From Antedon mediterranea (Eukaryota; Animalia; Echinodermata): a stretch of 64,000 nucleotides of DNA. The translations under genes and the position numbers were made by a program. The notes under the pieces are model-generated. The model did not search any database, was not told the DNA's origin, and saw only the letters and a list, made by a program, of their open reading frames with translations. Where the stretch lies: contig NC_092677.1 in assembly GCF_964355755.1 (NCBI RefSeq), forward strand, positions 19,924,101-19,988,100, in the 5' to 3' direction. Positions 12,796 to 24,487 of this stretch are shown piece after piece (the stretch's first letter is position 1; every line of letters begins with the position of its first letter).

Positions 12796-15592
12796 TTAAT
12801 ATATATTTTTATTTCCTATTTTAAATTATAATTGCCATTTTCTAATTATGGTGGGCTAAGATCCTTTCATATTTGAAATTAAGTGCAAAGATCGAGCAGC
12901 TCTCATATTTCAGCTCAAAAATTCTAAATTTCCATGGCTGTAACAGGTTTTTTTTGGGGGTGGGGGGGGGGGGGGGAGAAGGGTTCGTGGGTTCGTGTTT
13001 GTGTCATTTGCAATTACCATTTCACCCCAGATATTTTTAGAATTATTAGTTATTACTCACAAAACTAAAAATACAATTTTTGAACGACATAGGGATACAA
13101 TTTAGGCCCTATTTTGTGTCAGTTGGGGTTTTACAAACGTTTATTAGACATACAACCGTTGGTGGCGCTGTTTAGGGCCACATTTTGGGGATCTGGCATT
13201 ATTTTTCCCAATCTGGCATTATTTGAGACAGGATACGGCATAATTTAAATTTTATCGCTGGCAACGCTGGTACCGCCGTACACAGAAGTTAGCCAGGGCG
13301 GGCGCGGTAGATACAAAGGATTGTCGTCGCGCAGTCATCAGCATTTTTTAGGCAGTATAAATGGTTACATCATGATTAATAAATAATGTAATTTATTAAT
13401 GATATACATAATAATATCTATTCATTATATAGATTAAACAGCAGTATTGTTTATCAGTAAATTTAATACTTTATTCCAGATTCTGATTATCGAAAATTAT
13501 ATATCAGAGAAAATACCGCAACTTTTCCTACGAAGTAGCTTCGTAGATAAAACAGGCTACGTTGTTGGCTTTGTAGGTTGTACATTGTTTGGCTTCGTTA
13601 GTAACCTCAATAAACAACCTCACGATGTTCTTAGTAAGTAACACTAACAAGGTGTGAAAATTATTATTTAATGTGTTATTTTTGACTGGCGGAGGAGGAC
13701 CAATTTGTACATTACTAAGAAATATATAATATAATAGTTTTTATTCGTAAACGTTTCATTCGTGTGTGTTTTTTTACTCTCAACGGCGAATATAAATTTC
13801 CCACAATGTAAACGTAGAGACACGATCCAACACAATGAACTATGCCAACTAATAAAAATAATATAGCGAACGTCCAGTCGATCCAGAAACATGCAAACAA
13901 AAAGATCGTAAACAATTCATTCGCTCAAAAAGACTGCCGACAGAGAAGACCGTAATTAATACAGACCTAGTTTTTTGGTCACATGTCATGAAACGCGATA
14001 CTCTGTTTTACCACCACCACAAACCTCTCGCATGTTTTTTTTACTCGGTACGAGGGGGATGGCTACAAAACAGTGTACCTGAATTTTGCGTCACATGAAA
14101 CGTAATACAGCTCTAAACTGTTCCCACGGTTCGCATGTTTTCCCCTCCAAATTCTGGTCGGGTCTTTTGTCGTAATAATAATTTACAAAGGCCTATGTTA
14201 AATCTTAACATGGAATATATATTTATTTTGCATAAATTTTGTTGGTGTCCTAGCCAAGGTGTTGTTGTTTTTATAATTCGCTAAACCAAGGTAGGATTGA
14301 ATCATGTAGGCCGCCGAAACTCTCTCTGCGTGAGCTGAGGGCCTCGGGCCCGATTTCGTCTCGTCGGCGGATGTCCTGCCAAATTAGGACAACCGATGTG
14401 TAGGGCGGCTACAAAAATTAACGTCTAGGATTTTAATTAGCCAACAATACATGTTTGTTTCCATTGTTTATGCTCCTAACTAAAGGCGATGACATTGGTG
14501 TTTACAAATTACTAACCCTACGAACCACCCTACGATCGACGCGTAGATATTATCATAAAATCGTAGGCATGGCAACGAACAATACTTTGGAAATTACAGG
14601 ATATGTTTAGCGAACAATGACCTACGATCTATTAACGCGTAGGCTATGAAAGGTTACGCGTATATACAAAGCAGTCATTTCTTTCTGTACCGTAAAAATA
14701 ATAGATCTTGCGTGAATATAAGTGGCGCATCAGGACCATTGCCTAAATGTGCATAACCCAAATTAATTGAATTCTTCAGTGGTGAATTTTTATGTGCTCA
14801 GAAATCGATTGAAACAACCTATAATTACTAAAAAATCCCCCCCCCCCCCAAGCGGGGCCATTGGCGGCCCTCTGACCACCCAGCCTAAGGTTGTACTGTA
14901 TTTCATTTTTATACACCCCCACCCCCCCCCCCCCACCCAATAAACTAAAAACGGATCTGCGCGGATGGGTTTGAGGGAAGGGGGTTAGTTGTCGATGAAA
15001 AGGTGCTACTAAAAAAATTGGTGGTGCTACCAAAAATTATTATGAGCCATCATACAAATTTGATAGTGCTACCAAGTAAAAAAGTTAATTTGCAGCCCTG
15101 ATAGGGTAATGCGTTTAAGAGCTTCGGCTCATTGCATACCCGTTTTGTATCAAATATATATATATTTTGTTGATACAAATAAATGGTACGTATAAGTACC
15201 GGGAATGATGAAGATGGAGTACGGCGATCGATCACATTCCATCGCGAATTATCTAATTACATTCATATTTGGCAGAAATATACCTAAATACATGAAGTAC
15301 CGTTAACAAGCATAATTGAATTTATTACTTACGCTATGCTCACAAATACAACTTTTATTCGACTCAAATGTTCAAAACGCTGCCAAAAAATTTAACGATC
15401 ACTGTTTGAAAAAAAAAAGTTACCTGACCCGAGATTGAACTTTAAATGACCTGTCTGACATCAAACCGCTTGAATTAGCCAATGACAACTGATTTAAAAA
15501 CGTAAATTCCCAAGGGCTTGTATTTTGGGATAAAAAAAAACAGAACCGAATTTAAGTGAGTGACGTCATGGATTGACTCGTACCTACCTATA

Positions 15593-18154
15593 GGGGCGCA
15601 GGTCAACTCGGCCCTAAACCGTCTAGGCCAAAGTCAAGTCGGCCCCACGGCAAGTCGGCCCCAAGTCAATTCGGCCTCAAGTAAACTCGGCCTCAAGTAA
15701 ACTCGGCCTCAAGTCAACTCGGCCTCACGTCAACTCGGCCTCACGTCAACGCGGCCTCAAGTCAACTCGGCCAAAAACTAATCTGTCAACTCGGCCTCTA
15801 AAAAGTATGGAACGCAAAAAGTGCTAATATAGTAATTCATTTATTACAATGGCAGGATATAGTACGGTATGCCTACATAGACGAAATAAAACCGAAATGT
15901 CAATGTAAATTGTTTAAATGTTTGTTAGATCTATTTTTTGATACAAGGATGTTCCCAGAAAGAATCGAAATATTCTTAGAAGGCCCATTATATTATTATA
16001 GATATTATTAGATTAATAGAAATACAGTAAAATAATTTTTTTTTTTTTGTGTATATATCCTCTCTCAAATTATTAGCAATATGTTACGGTCAAAGTGAAT
16101 AACTATGTGACATTAAAATGGTATATTACAGTAACAAAATCTTTCACACATTTATATTTTCGGGGGTACAATGACGATGTCAATAAAACTGAAGAGATTA
16201 TGGAAACAAATTCGGAATGTTCTGTCATGTTAAAGTTCTATTGCAATTGTGCGCTATTCAAATTGTTTTTATTACTTTTGTGATTTGATTATATTGGAAT
16301 ACATCTTATGTATGGGAAATTAATCTAAAACACACTGAAGAAATCGTATTTTTATTTTGTCAAGCAAAAACTAAAAAAACATCTTGTTTGAGTCCTAAAC
16401 AGCGGAATTCCTAAACAACATACTATGCATTCTCATCTGTTTTTTTAACACCCACCGCGCCCTGTATTGTTCAATAAAATTGATCACCTAAAGGGGCATT
16501 CCCACAGTACCTGTTCCGTTTCGCGGAACGAAAGACGGCGCCGTTTTTTTCAACGTGACGAGCGCCGCTCTCCGTTCTGTTGTAAACACTCACACCTGTT
16601 CCGTTTTGTGACGTATTCCGTGACATAAAATGGCAGCCGTTTCTGGATGGTCATCGGATGATAGTGAGGAAGAAATTATTCTTTCCGCTATAATTTTAGC
16701 CAAAAGAAGGAAAAGAAAATGGGTAAACGAGGTCTGTTCCGAAAGAAAGAAGTTTGGTAAATTTGAAAAATTGGTAAAACGTAACTGGCGACCAATGAAG
16801 ACGAATTCTTCAATTATTTTAGAATGACGCTTCACCAATACGGTCAGTTCAATTAAAGATGATATTACAAAACGGGGCACAAGATTCCCGATGATAGTAA
16901 CAACACACACCATGACAAATTCCATGAATCCATAATTTAATACATTAAAATCACAATCACATCCCCTCGTGATCAGATGTCTTCCAATTCCCGCCGCACT
17001 TTTTTAACTTCATGACCCTTGACATAATAAACTAAAAATTATGAGCGATCTGTGAATTCTGTTTTTCACCGGCCGTTCATTTTTCACGGAACAGATTTGG
17101 TGTAAACGCTGCTATTGTTTTAACGCTTTTCGATTTTCTAACAAAACGGTGCCGTTCTCTGTTCCGTGAAACGGAACAGGTGTGAATGCCCCTTTAGTCA
17201 TGAGAATATACAGTTATTTAGCCAAATAACAGTTAATACAAACGTCAGTATCATGTGATACTTTGTTTGAAAGAACAATACCTTAAAATTAAGAGAAATA
17301 ACAACATGGACTGTCATAGAAGCAAATTTCTCTCTTCCCATGGTGTACCATATTAATTATGAATAATTATGAAGTAGAAACGAAATGAAAATAAAAATGT
17401 CATACAAAAAAAAACCGTAAGGCGTGCCTATTTGAAAATAATGCACATTCATGTTTGGGTGTGTGTGCATGTAACCTATACCCATAATGCTTATACAATT
17501 TGTATTCTTGCCTTTTGATTTGTTATGATTTTAATGTTATTTTATTCTTTTTATATTGATGTACTGTAACAGTTGTAGACCGATAGGTATATTGTTTAAA
17601 TATTATTCATTAAAATGTATTCTTCGACAGTTATTTCTGTATACAAAATGTGAAGAAATATTTATTTATTTATTTCAAACAATATAAATAAATACTACCT
17701 ATCAAAAACGAAAAACGATCAGGCCCAGTGTGTTATAATTTATATTGAATTTGTCGTTTTATTTCGTCTATTATGTAGGTCTATTATGAACATCTTTAAG
17801 TCTAGACTTGACAACTATTTTCGGCTAGAAATGGAATCTAATAGGCACTAGCCTAAACTATTTCCATCAAACATTAAGTGTAAGTGTAAGTGTCCTAGTC
17901 CTAACCGTACTGTGATGTTTATCTTGCCATTATAATATTAACTACTATATAGGCACTTTTTTTGTTCCATAGTTTTTAGAGGCCGAGTTGACGGATTAGT
18001 TTTTGGCCGAGTTGACATGAGGCCGAGTTGACGTGAGGCCGAGTTGACTCGATGCCGAGTTGACGTGGGGCCGAGTTGACTTGGGGCCGAGTTGACTTGG
18101 GGCCGAGTTGACTTTGGCCGAGACGGTTTAGGGCCGAGTTGGATCGAATTCACC
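15593..18154. mobile_element. Fold-back non-autonomous DNA transposon with ~17-bp subterminal arrays (GTCAACTCGGCC...) at both ends
   Basis: The array at 15601-15800 is mirrored at 17975-18140, and the inverted homology extends ~250 bp. GG...CC ends are flanked by TA. Confidence 0.75.
16492..17193 (+). mobile_element. PIF/Harbinger deletion derivative retaining the transposase N-terminus
   Basis: TAA|AGGGGCATTC ... GAATGCCCCT|TTA. ORF 16630-16827 (RRKRKWVNEV...FGKFEKLV, then frameshifted DEFFNYFRMT) resembles the N-terminus of HARBI1-type transposases. Confidence 0.82.
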
Positions 18155-18497
18155 TATTTTATAGCCTAGCCTAGACCTAGTTATATTATAAGTGAGACGG
18201 ATCCGCCAACTTATAAAATAGGCCTAGCTAGGGCCTAGGAGGCTATATTTATCGGCTTTGACATGCATTTTATAAGCATAAATAAGCTTTTTTTTCCTTT
18301 ATTTTCAGGCAGAAGAATGGGGTAGGCTTCCCTGGCCTACCTAGGCTAGGCCTACTAGCTAGGCCTAGGTTAGTACAGTGTCAGCAGGGCCGAATCGTCC
18401 CGATACCGGAGCCTGGTCCTGGCTGGAGGGGAGCGAGGCTAGCCTAGGCCTAGCCTAGCTAGGTTAGGCTAGGTCTAAATCTAAATGTAAAACTTAC

Positions 18498-18800
18498 ATG
18501 CTGAAGAATGAGAACTGTTATAATGATTAATTCTAAACATTTTGGATACAGAGACACTCATAAGAAGGCGATGTAGGCCTAGGCCTATCGGTCGTTTAAG
18601 CAGCAGGCACATGCTTCTTCCTCCCTAGCAAAGATACTATAGCGCCACGAAGTGGCTCTCTTAGCTTTGCTCCCTCCTCTAGGCTCAGAGCCATATAAAG
18701 AGTTACGACATTGAAGATTAGAAGCCATGTTTGTGTCAAAGAATTCGCACGCTGAGGGCGCGCGCGTCTTAGTTGTATGCGTTTTCCTGTAGTTCATGCA
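18498..18800 (-). promoter_or_regulatory. Putative promoter and first exon of an unidentified minus-strand gene
   Basis: A GC/CpG-richer patch (GCGCGCGCCCTCAGCGTGCG), an ACTACA motif, an ATG at 18728 in AACATGG context, and a strong donor AT|GTAAGT at 18497. A TAGGCCTA-rich tract follows, as it does after DYNC1LI exon 1. Confidence 0.4.
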
Positions 18801-19139
18801 TTATTTTTAGATTTTTTTGTCTATGAAATAACGCTTATATTCCGTTTTTATTTTAGTAATTAATTTTATTAATGGTATTAATTTTGTAACATATATATAT
18901 TGTGTCTATAATAACAAAAGAATAAATGCTAGGGCCTACATGCAAGTCAGGATACATCAAAGCATGAACCAATACAAATTCACCCCTCTTTTTATACAGC
19001 AGTATATGCTCTCCGTTAGACTTGCCCCAAGTCTGTATTGTTTTTTTTTTTATTTATTTGTTTTTATTTCGACCGCGATTTTTGTCTGAAAATTACGAAA
19101 GCCTATTAGGGCCAAAAAAAAAATTATATTGCTTTCACA

Positions 19140-19677
19140 AATTCGAAATAACGAATTATTAATTCGTTTTTTCGAATTATTAATTCGTTATTTCGAATTT
19201 ATTTAAGTAATTTGAAATTTCGAATTAATAATTCGAAATTTCGAATTATTAATTCGAAATTTCGAATTATTTATTCGAAATTTCAAATTATTAATTCGAA
19301 ATTTCGAATTATTAATTCGAAATTTCGAATTATTAATTCGAAATTTCGAATTAGTAATTCGTTATTTCGAATTAATAATTCGAAATTTCGAATTAGTAAT
19401 TCGAAATTTCGAATTAGTAATTCGTTATTTCGAATTAATAATTCGAAATTTCGAATTAGTAATTCGTTATTTCGAATTAATAATTCGAAATTTCAAATTA
19501 GTAATTCGTTATTTCGAATTAATAATTCGAAATTTCAAATTAGTAATTCGTTATTTCGAATTAATAATTCGAAATTTCAAATTAGTAATTCGAAATTTCA
19601 AATTAGTAATTCGTTAATTCAAATTTTTAATTCGTTATTTCGAATTAATAATTCGAAATTTCGAATTAATAATTCGA
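19140..19677. repeat. Subterminal array of 21-bp units with palindromic core AATTCGAAATTTCGAATT (~25 units)
   Basis: Directly visible; variants include AATTCGTTATTTCGAATT and AATTCGAAATTTCAAATT. Confidence 0.95.
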
Positions 19678-19742
19678 CCTCTGCCCTTTCTAATGACATC
19701 CCAACCATCCCGGATTACTTTAGCTAATGCAATCTGGTCACC

Positions 19743-21104
19743 ATGCGTCCTGAAAACCATTGGATTAGATTATATTTCAATCGTAGCTTAAATTATCAAG
19801 AGATTATTGAAATGTTAGCAGAAGATCATGATATTTTGATAAGTAAACGGACATTAAAGCGAAGGCTGAAAAAAATGTGCCTTAGTCGAAGAAAACGGCA
19901 TTCTGACGAACTGGAAGTCGCTGCGTTCATTGAAAGCCAATTACAGACGTCAGGGATGCTACATGGGTACAGGTGGATGCACATTCGTTGCACACAAAAT
20001 GGGTTAAACATAGATAAAGAGACGGTCAGAATAATTTTAAACCTTCTTGACCCAGAGGGTGTCGAAGCAAGAAGGAGACGACGACTACACAGAAGAATTT
20101 ATCATGTACCTGGCCCAAACTATATCTGGCATATCGACTCGTACGACAAACTTAAGCCATACGGCATTTGTATAAATGGCTGTATAGACGGATACTCTAG
20201 ACACATAATATGGCTAGAAGCTTACTTTACTAGCAGCAATCCAAAAGTTATAGCCGGCTATTACGTAAATTCTGTTCGCCAAAAAATGGGTTGTCCAAAG
20301 TCTATTAGAACAGATTTCGGAACTGAAAATTCTATTGTTGGTCCAATGCAACAATTTCTTTGTAATGAGAACAGCAGTTTTATACAAGGAACAAGTCAGC
20401 ATAATCAACGAATTGAGAGTTGGTGGGGCATTCTCAGAAAACACTTTACTCAGTGTTGGATGGACGTCTTTAAACAACAAAAGAATGACGGTAGATATGA
20501 TGGAGGTCTTATAGACAAATCTTTATTACAATTTTGTTTTATGAAAATTATCCAGGTAAGCAGTACAGCAATTACATTGTGTGCTATGCATTATAGTCCC
20601 CAAGTACGACAATTATAATAATAATTTGGACTTTCGCAACAATTTGAAAAGCAAACAATATTAGCCTAGAATTAAATCACTCCTCTTTTATTTACGATAT
20701 TGTTTTTTTTTTCACGGTCTAAACTGTCATTAACTATTTGTTTTTACTGTACTGTATTATATTTGCCTTTTTTAAAGGATGAACTGGACACGGTTGCAAA
20801 TGAGTGGAATGCCCATCGCATCTCAAAATCGAGAAATAGCCATGGTCCGTTTGGACGCCCGACATTGATGTACAATGTACCATACTTATTCGGGGGACAA
20901 GAGTGTATTATTCCCGTTGATGTGGCTAAAGTTGAAGTTTGTGAAAGTGAATCCATCTTCAAAAGCCAGATTCCATGCGATAAGGACGTGTTCGACTTAT
21001 GTTCCATATTCTTGGAAGAAAAGCAGCTATCGATGCCGAAAACATGTGATGAAGGTTTGCAGTTATACAGCAGTCTTAGAAATATGTTTCTTGACGTCAT
21101 CTGA
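19743..21104 (+). CDS. IS3EU-type DDE transposase (integrase-core family), 379 aa; exons 19743-20555 and 20778-21104
   Basis: N-terminal HTH-like region (YQEIIEML...ISKRTLKRRL) and HGYRWMH. Catalytic motifs WHIDSYDKL (D), RTDFGTEN (D) and NQRIESWW (E). A phase-0 intron CAG|GTAAG ... TTTAAAG|GAT joins to DELDTVANEWNAHRI...GRP. No stops or frameshifts. Confidence 0.9.
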
Positions 21105-21427
21105 TCAAATGCCACAGCAAGCATGTGATATCACATTATCATGTTATAAATCGTTTTTTTATTAATTAATTGTCGCTGTGATATTATTTCCAATACAAAG
21201 TTAGAATTGCAACGAACACAATGTAATGAATACAATATAAACAATTATATTTATAGTATTATGTTCAGTTGGTGATGATCAGACAGAATTGTGTTATGTA
21301 GCTGTACAATACAGTAAAACAGATGTAATTTAACAACAACATTTTGTTTATTGAAATTTTAATAACAGTATTTTATTTCTGAAACAATTACAAAACTGTT
21401 GGCTACTAAAATTTGATCATAATTTAA

Positions 21428-21774
21428 AGATATATTGTCCCCCTGAAAAAATATTTTTTTAAATTGTTTTGTTGAATATGTTATTTTAATGTCACATAAT
21501 AGTTATTCACTTTCACAAAAAAATGGGTTTGAAAAAAAATTATTTACCTAAGAAAACTGTAATTTAAAGCAAATAAATGGTCAAATTGGCTGGAAGACAA
21601 TGAGTTTTGGGGTAATTTAACTGTTTAACTGTTTTGTCTTTCTATAGGTGAAATAATTTTTTTTTCTCGTTTTTTTTTCTTATGGAAACAACTTCATTAA
21701 AACTGCAAAATGGCCTATTCAAAGTCCGATTTAAAAAATCTTTATTCTTCATGATTTTGGGGGACAATACATCT
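21428..21774. mobile_element. Kolobok-type MITE inserted at the TTAA overlapping the HECT gene stop codon
   Basis: TTAA|AGATATATTGTCCCC ... GGGGACAATACATCT|TTAA. Confidence 0.82.
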
Positions 21775-24487
21775 TTAAAGTTTTCCAAAACCCTTGCCAT
21801 TTATGATGGCTTCCTCCATTAGAGTTGTGAATTCCAATGGATCGTCATATCCACGGGGGAGGTGTAAATCCAACCCACATGTACTGGCTGTCGGGTAACC
21901 TCTCATCTTTCGCTCCTTACTAAAAAAAATTATATGTATCTGGTTGCTAAAACCAAGAGGGGGAATTGAGTCAGCACCAGTAACAAATGTTAGGAAGTCT
22001 CCAAGGGATGTCTTGGTCTTTTTATCTAAAATGCATAAAAATAAAAATGTTAAACATTATGAAATAAAAAATGTATACTTTTTTTTTACCATTTACCCTT
22101 TCACCGCTCTTATTAGCATACTTTCGTTTTGGTACAAGGAATTACAAATAGGGTAGGCCTATAGCGGTATAGTTCTTCAAGGTAAAGTTTGTTCGTGAAT
22201 ACACACAACCTTGTTTCTCTCTCGAAGGGCTATATTATATAACTGTAAGGAAATACGGTATTGTATCGTTTCGTTTCGAGCCCTGGGGGTACCTAATTTT
22301 ACTTTGGATATTCATTCTCAGCCCGAAGGATGGGGGGGGGGGGGTATCTCAACACCCCTCCCTCCCCCCTGCATGTAACGCCCCATCTAGAGTTTACTTT
22401 AGTTTACATTAAAATAAAGATATAAATACTGTATACAATACCTTCCGACTCTTGTAAGAAAACCTCCAGACAATACACTGTGTCTTCCTCTTGACTTCGT
22501 AAATTGGAGCCTGCCTCTGAATATTCAACTGTCATTAGTGTCTTTAGTACTTGCCGTGTCAGTCTTTTCCCCTCCAGAGTGAAAAGTGGGACAAATTGGT
22601 TTGGGTAATCTCTTACGTTTTCCCAAAGTACTCCCAATCCTTCAGTGAACTGTCGGATTTCACTATGTGTTCTAGATTAGGAGAAAATGAATGCACCATG
22701 TAAATTATAATCACAATTAGCAAATAAAATGTGTTCACATTCATACGACCTGTACAATAATTCCAAGCCTTGATTTAAAGTTCAGCAATTTTACAGAAGA
22801 ATCACCCAGAGCAGCCGTCAACCGACAAATAAAAACCAAAGGAGAATTTCATTTGGATGGATTTCGATGGATTTTCCTTCACGATGATTTTAAATCCTAA
22901 TGCCAAAATGTTTCTCCTGTCCTGAACTAGACTTAACCCCTTGTGATTTTCCTTAAGGAAATATGCATAATGATACCGTACTATTTCTTGGATTAAAAAG
23001 GGCTAGTAACTAATTGTTTACATACATACATATCTATATCTAGTTTACCCGCGTCTAACACTGAATAACCATGTGCTTAAAATATATTATCATTATTAGG
23101 CCTGTTACGTTACCTGTAAAACAAAAAATGCTTTAACAGACTTGACACGACTTGTTGTTTTTGATTGAAATCCGAGTTATACAACGTCATGACTCCTTGA
23201 TCTGCCGCCCAATCCGATAATTCATGTGAAATAGTACGGTACTCATCCGTCGTTTGGCAATCTGGATAAAAAGATACTGTAATCAAATTCTTTACAAATA
23301 TACAAAAATTAAATACAAATTAATTGTAAGCCTATCAGGCCTACACGTGTGATAAAAGACAATGTAGGTCTACACGTTTTGCCGCGTGTATTATAGGCCT
23401 ATTAGGTTTGGGTTAAATAAGTTGATTGTGGTTACTGTAGGCCTACGTGTTTTAAAAAATAATCAGACCGTAAATAACAAAATTTATGTTTAAAAAAATG
23501 TAAAAAAAAAATTGTATTAATTTAACTTTTGCTATTTTAATAGTAAAAGTTAAATTAATAACATTTCTTGTCCCATTTAAAAATGTTATAAATAAAAAGT
23601 CCGATAGGTAACGTATAGAATATTTTAACATAACACATATTCCCATGAGTTATTTGATGCCTTGTTAGAATGGTAAACGAAAATCACTTGCCTTTGCTAT
23701 CTTGCCTCGGACATCTATGTCACACACACTATTAACGTCCGAAAATCCATTTGACTTTAACCCACACATTAGCTTGAAAAGCTTTGGTTGCGAAGTTGGT
23801 AAGCCCGGACCTCCATGCAATAGACTCCATGCAACGAAACTACCAGCCCTAGCATATTTGCGTTGCTCTAATAGCTCTATGTTATGGGTAAAATTTTGTT
23901 TCCCCACTTCTCCTTCCAGCACTCCCAACTGTTCGCAAACTGCTTTCATTAGTAGTCTATATAAATCAAAGTGCACAATAAGAATTATCAGAAAAGCGCA
24001 ACCAGTATACATTGTTTAAAATAAATATTGCTCAAAATGTTACTGTAACAATAAAATACACACATACATACATACGTGCGTATACACTGGGCATACGAAA
24101 CCAAAGATACAAAAAAATACAAAAAGTAACCAACAACGTCCAAACCAAAAAGTATGAGGGATACGCCTTTGTCATTAACTAGATTTTTTGTCTACAATTG
24201 CATTCCGGCCAGTACCCCAGCCAAGTGCGAAGGCTTGTTTCGCACGGTTCAACATCCGTCAGGGGGTATCTGGAACCCGCCGTATCTGGAACCCGCCCCC
24301 GCCTGTTACGCCACTGTATATAGTGTTAATTATAGGGAGTTTTATAAAAAAAATTATACAAATAGCACTATAGTACATTGCAAGAATAATCACCAAGTAC
24401 TAACAATATAAGACAATGTTTAGTTGAGCATGCACATAGATATCAGTAATGTGTCCAATACAGGTCCAAACCTGAACATTTCTCTTG

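Larger units (their letters stand above)
10699..13269. mobile_element. hAT non-autonomous element with an 8-bp TSD
   Basis: GTACCGCC|CATAGTTGCCA ... TGGCAACGCTG|GTACCGCC, with TGGCAT(T/A)AT subterminal repeats. Confidence 0.85.
10288..15100. mobile_element. hAT-like element with a 5-bp TSD (hAT5 type), hosting nested insertions
   Basis: ATAGG|CAGGGCTGCAAATTAA ... TTAATTTGCAGCCCTG|ATAGG; 16-bp perfect TIR. Confidence 0.8.

Noticed and set aside
17938-18153. Repetitive Pro/Ser/Arg ORF
   Set aside because: Translation of the GTCAACTCGGCC subterminal array of a fold-back element.
19140-19677. Possible CRISPR-like array or heat-shock-element cluster
   Set aside because: There are no unique spacers (only 3-nt linkers) and no cas genes. 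GAAnnTTC pairs occur, but TTC-GAA are adjacent, so there is no canonical three-unit HSE.
19212-19727. 171-aa ORF of (NSKFRII)n heptads and its mirror at 35753-36184
   Set aside because: By-product of a stop-free 21-bp DNA repeat. It starts at TTG, not ATG, and ends before the transposase ATG.
23690-23692. GC-AG intron in the HECT gene (AAG|GCAAGT)
   Set aside because: Its phase does not match the next exon's open frame without assuming a further indel, and an alternative weak GT donor lies 4 nt away; unresolved.
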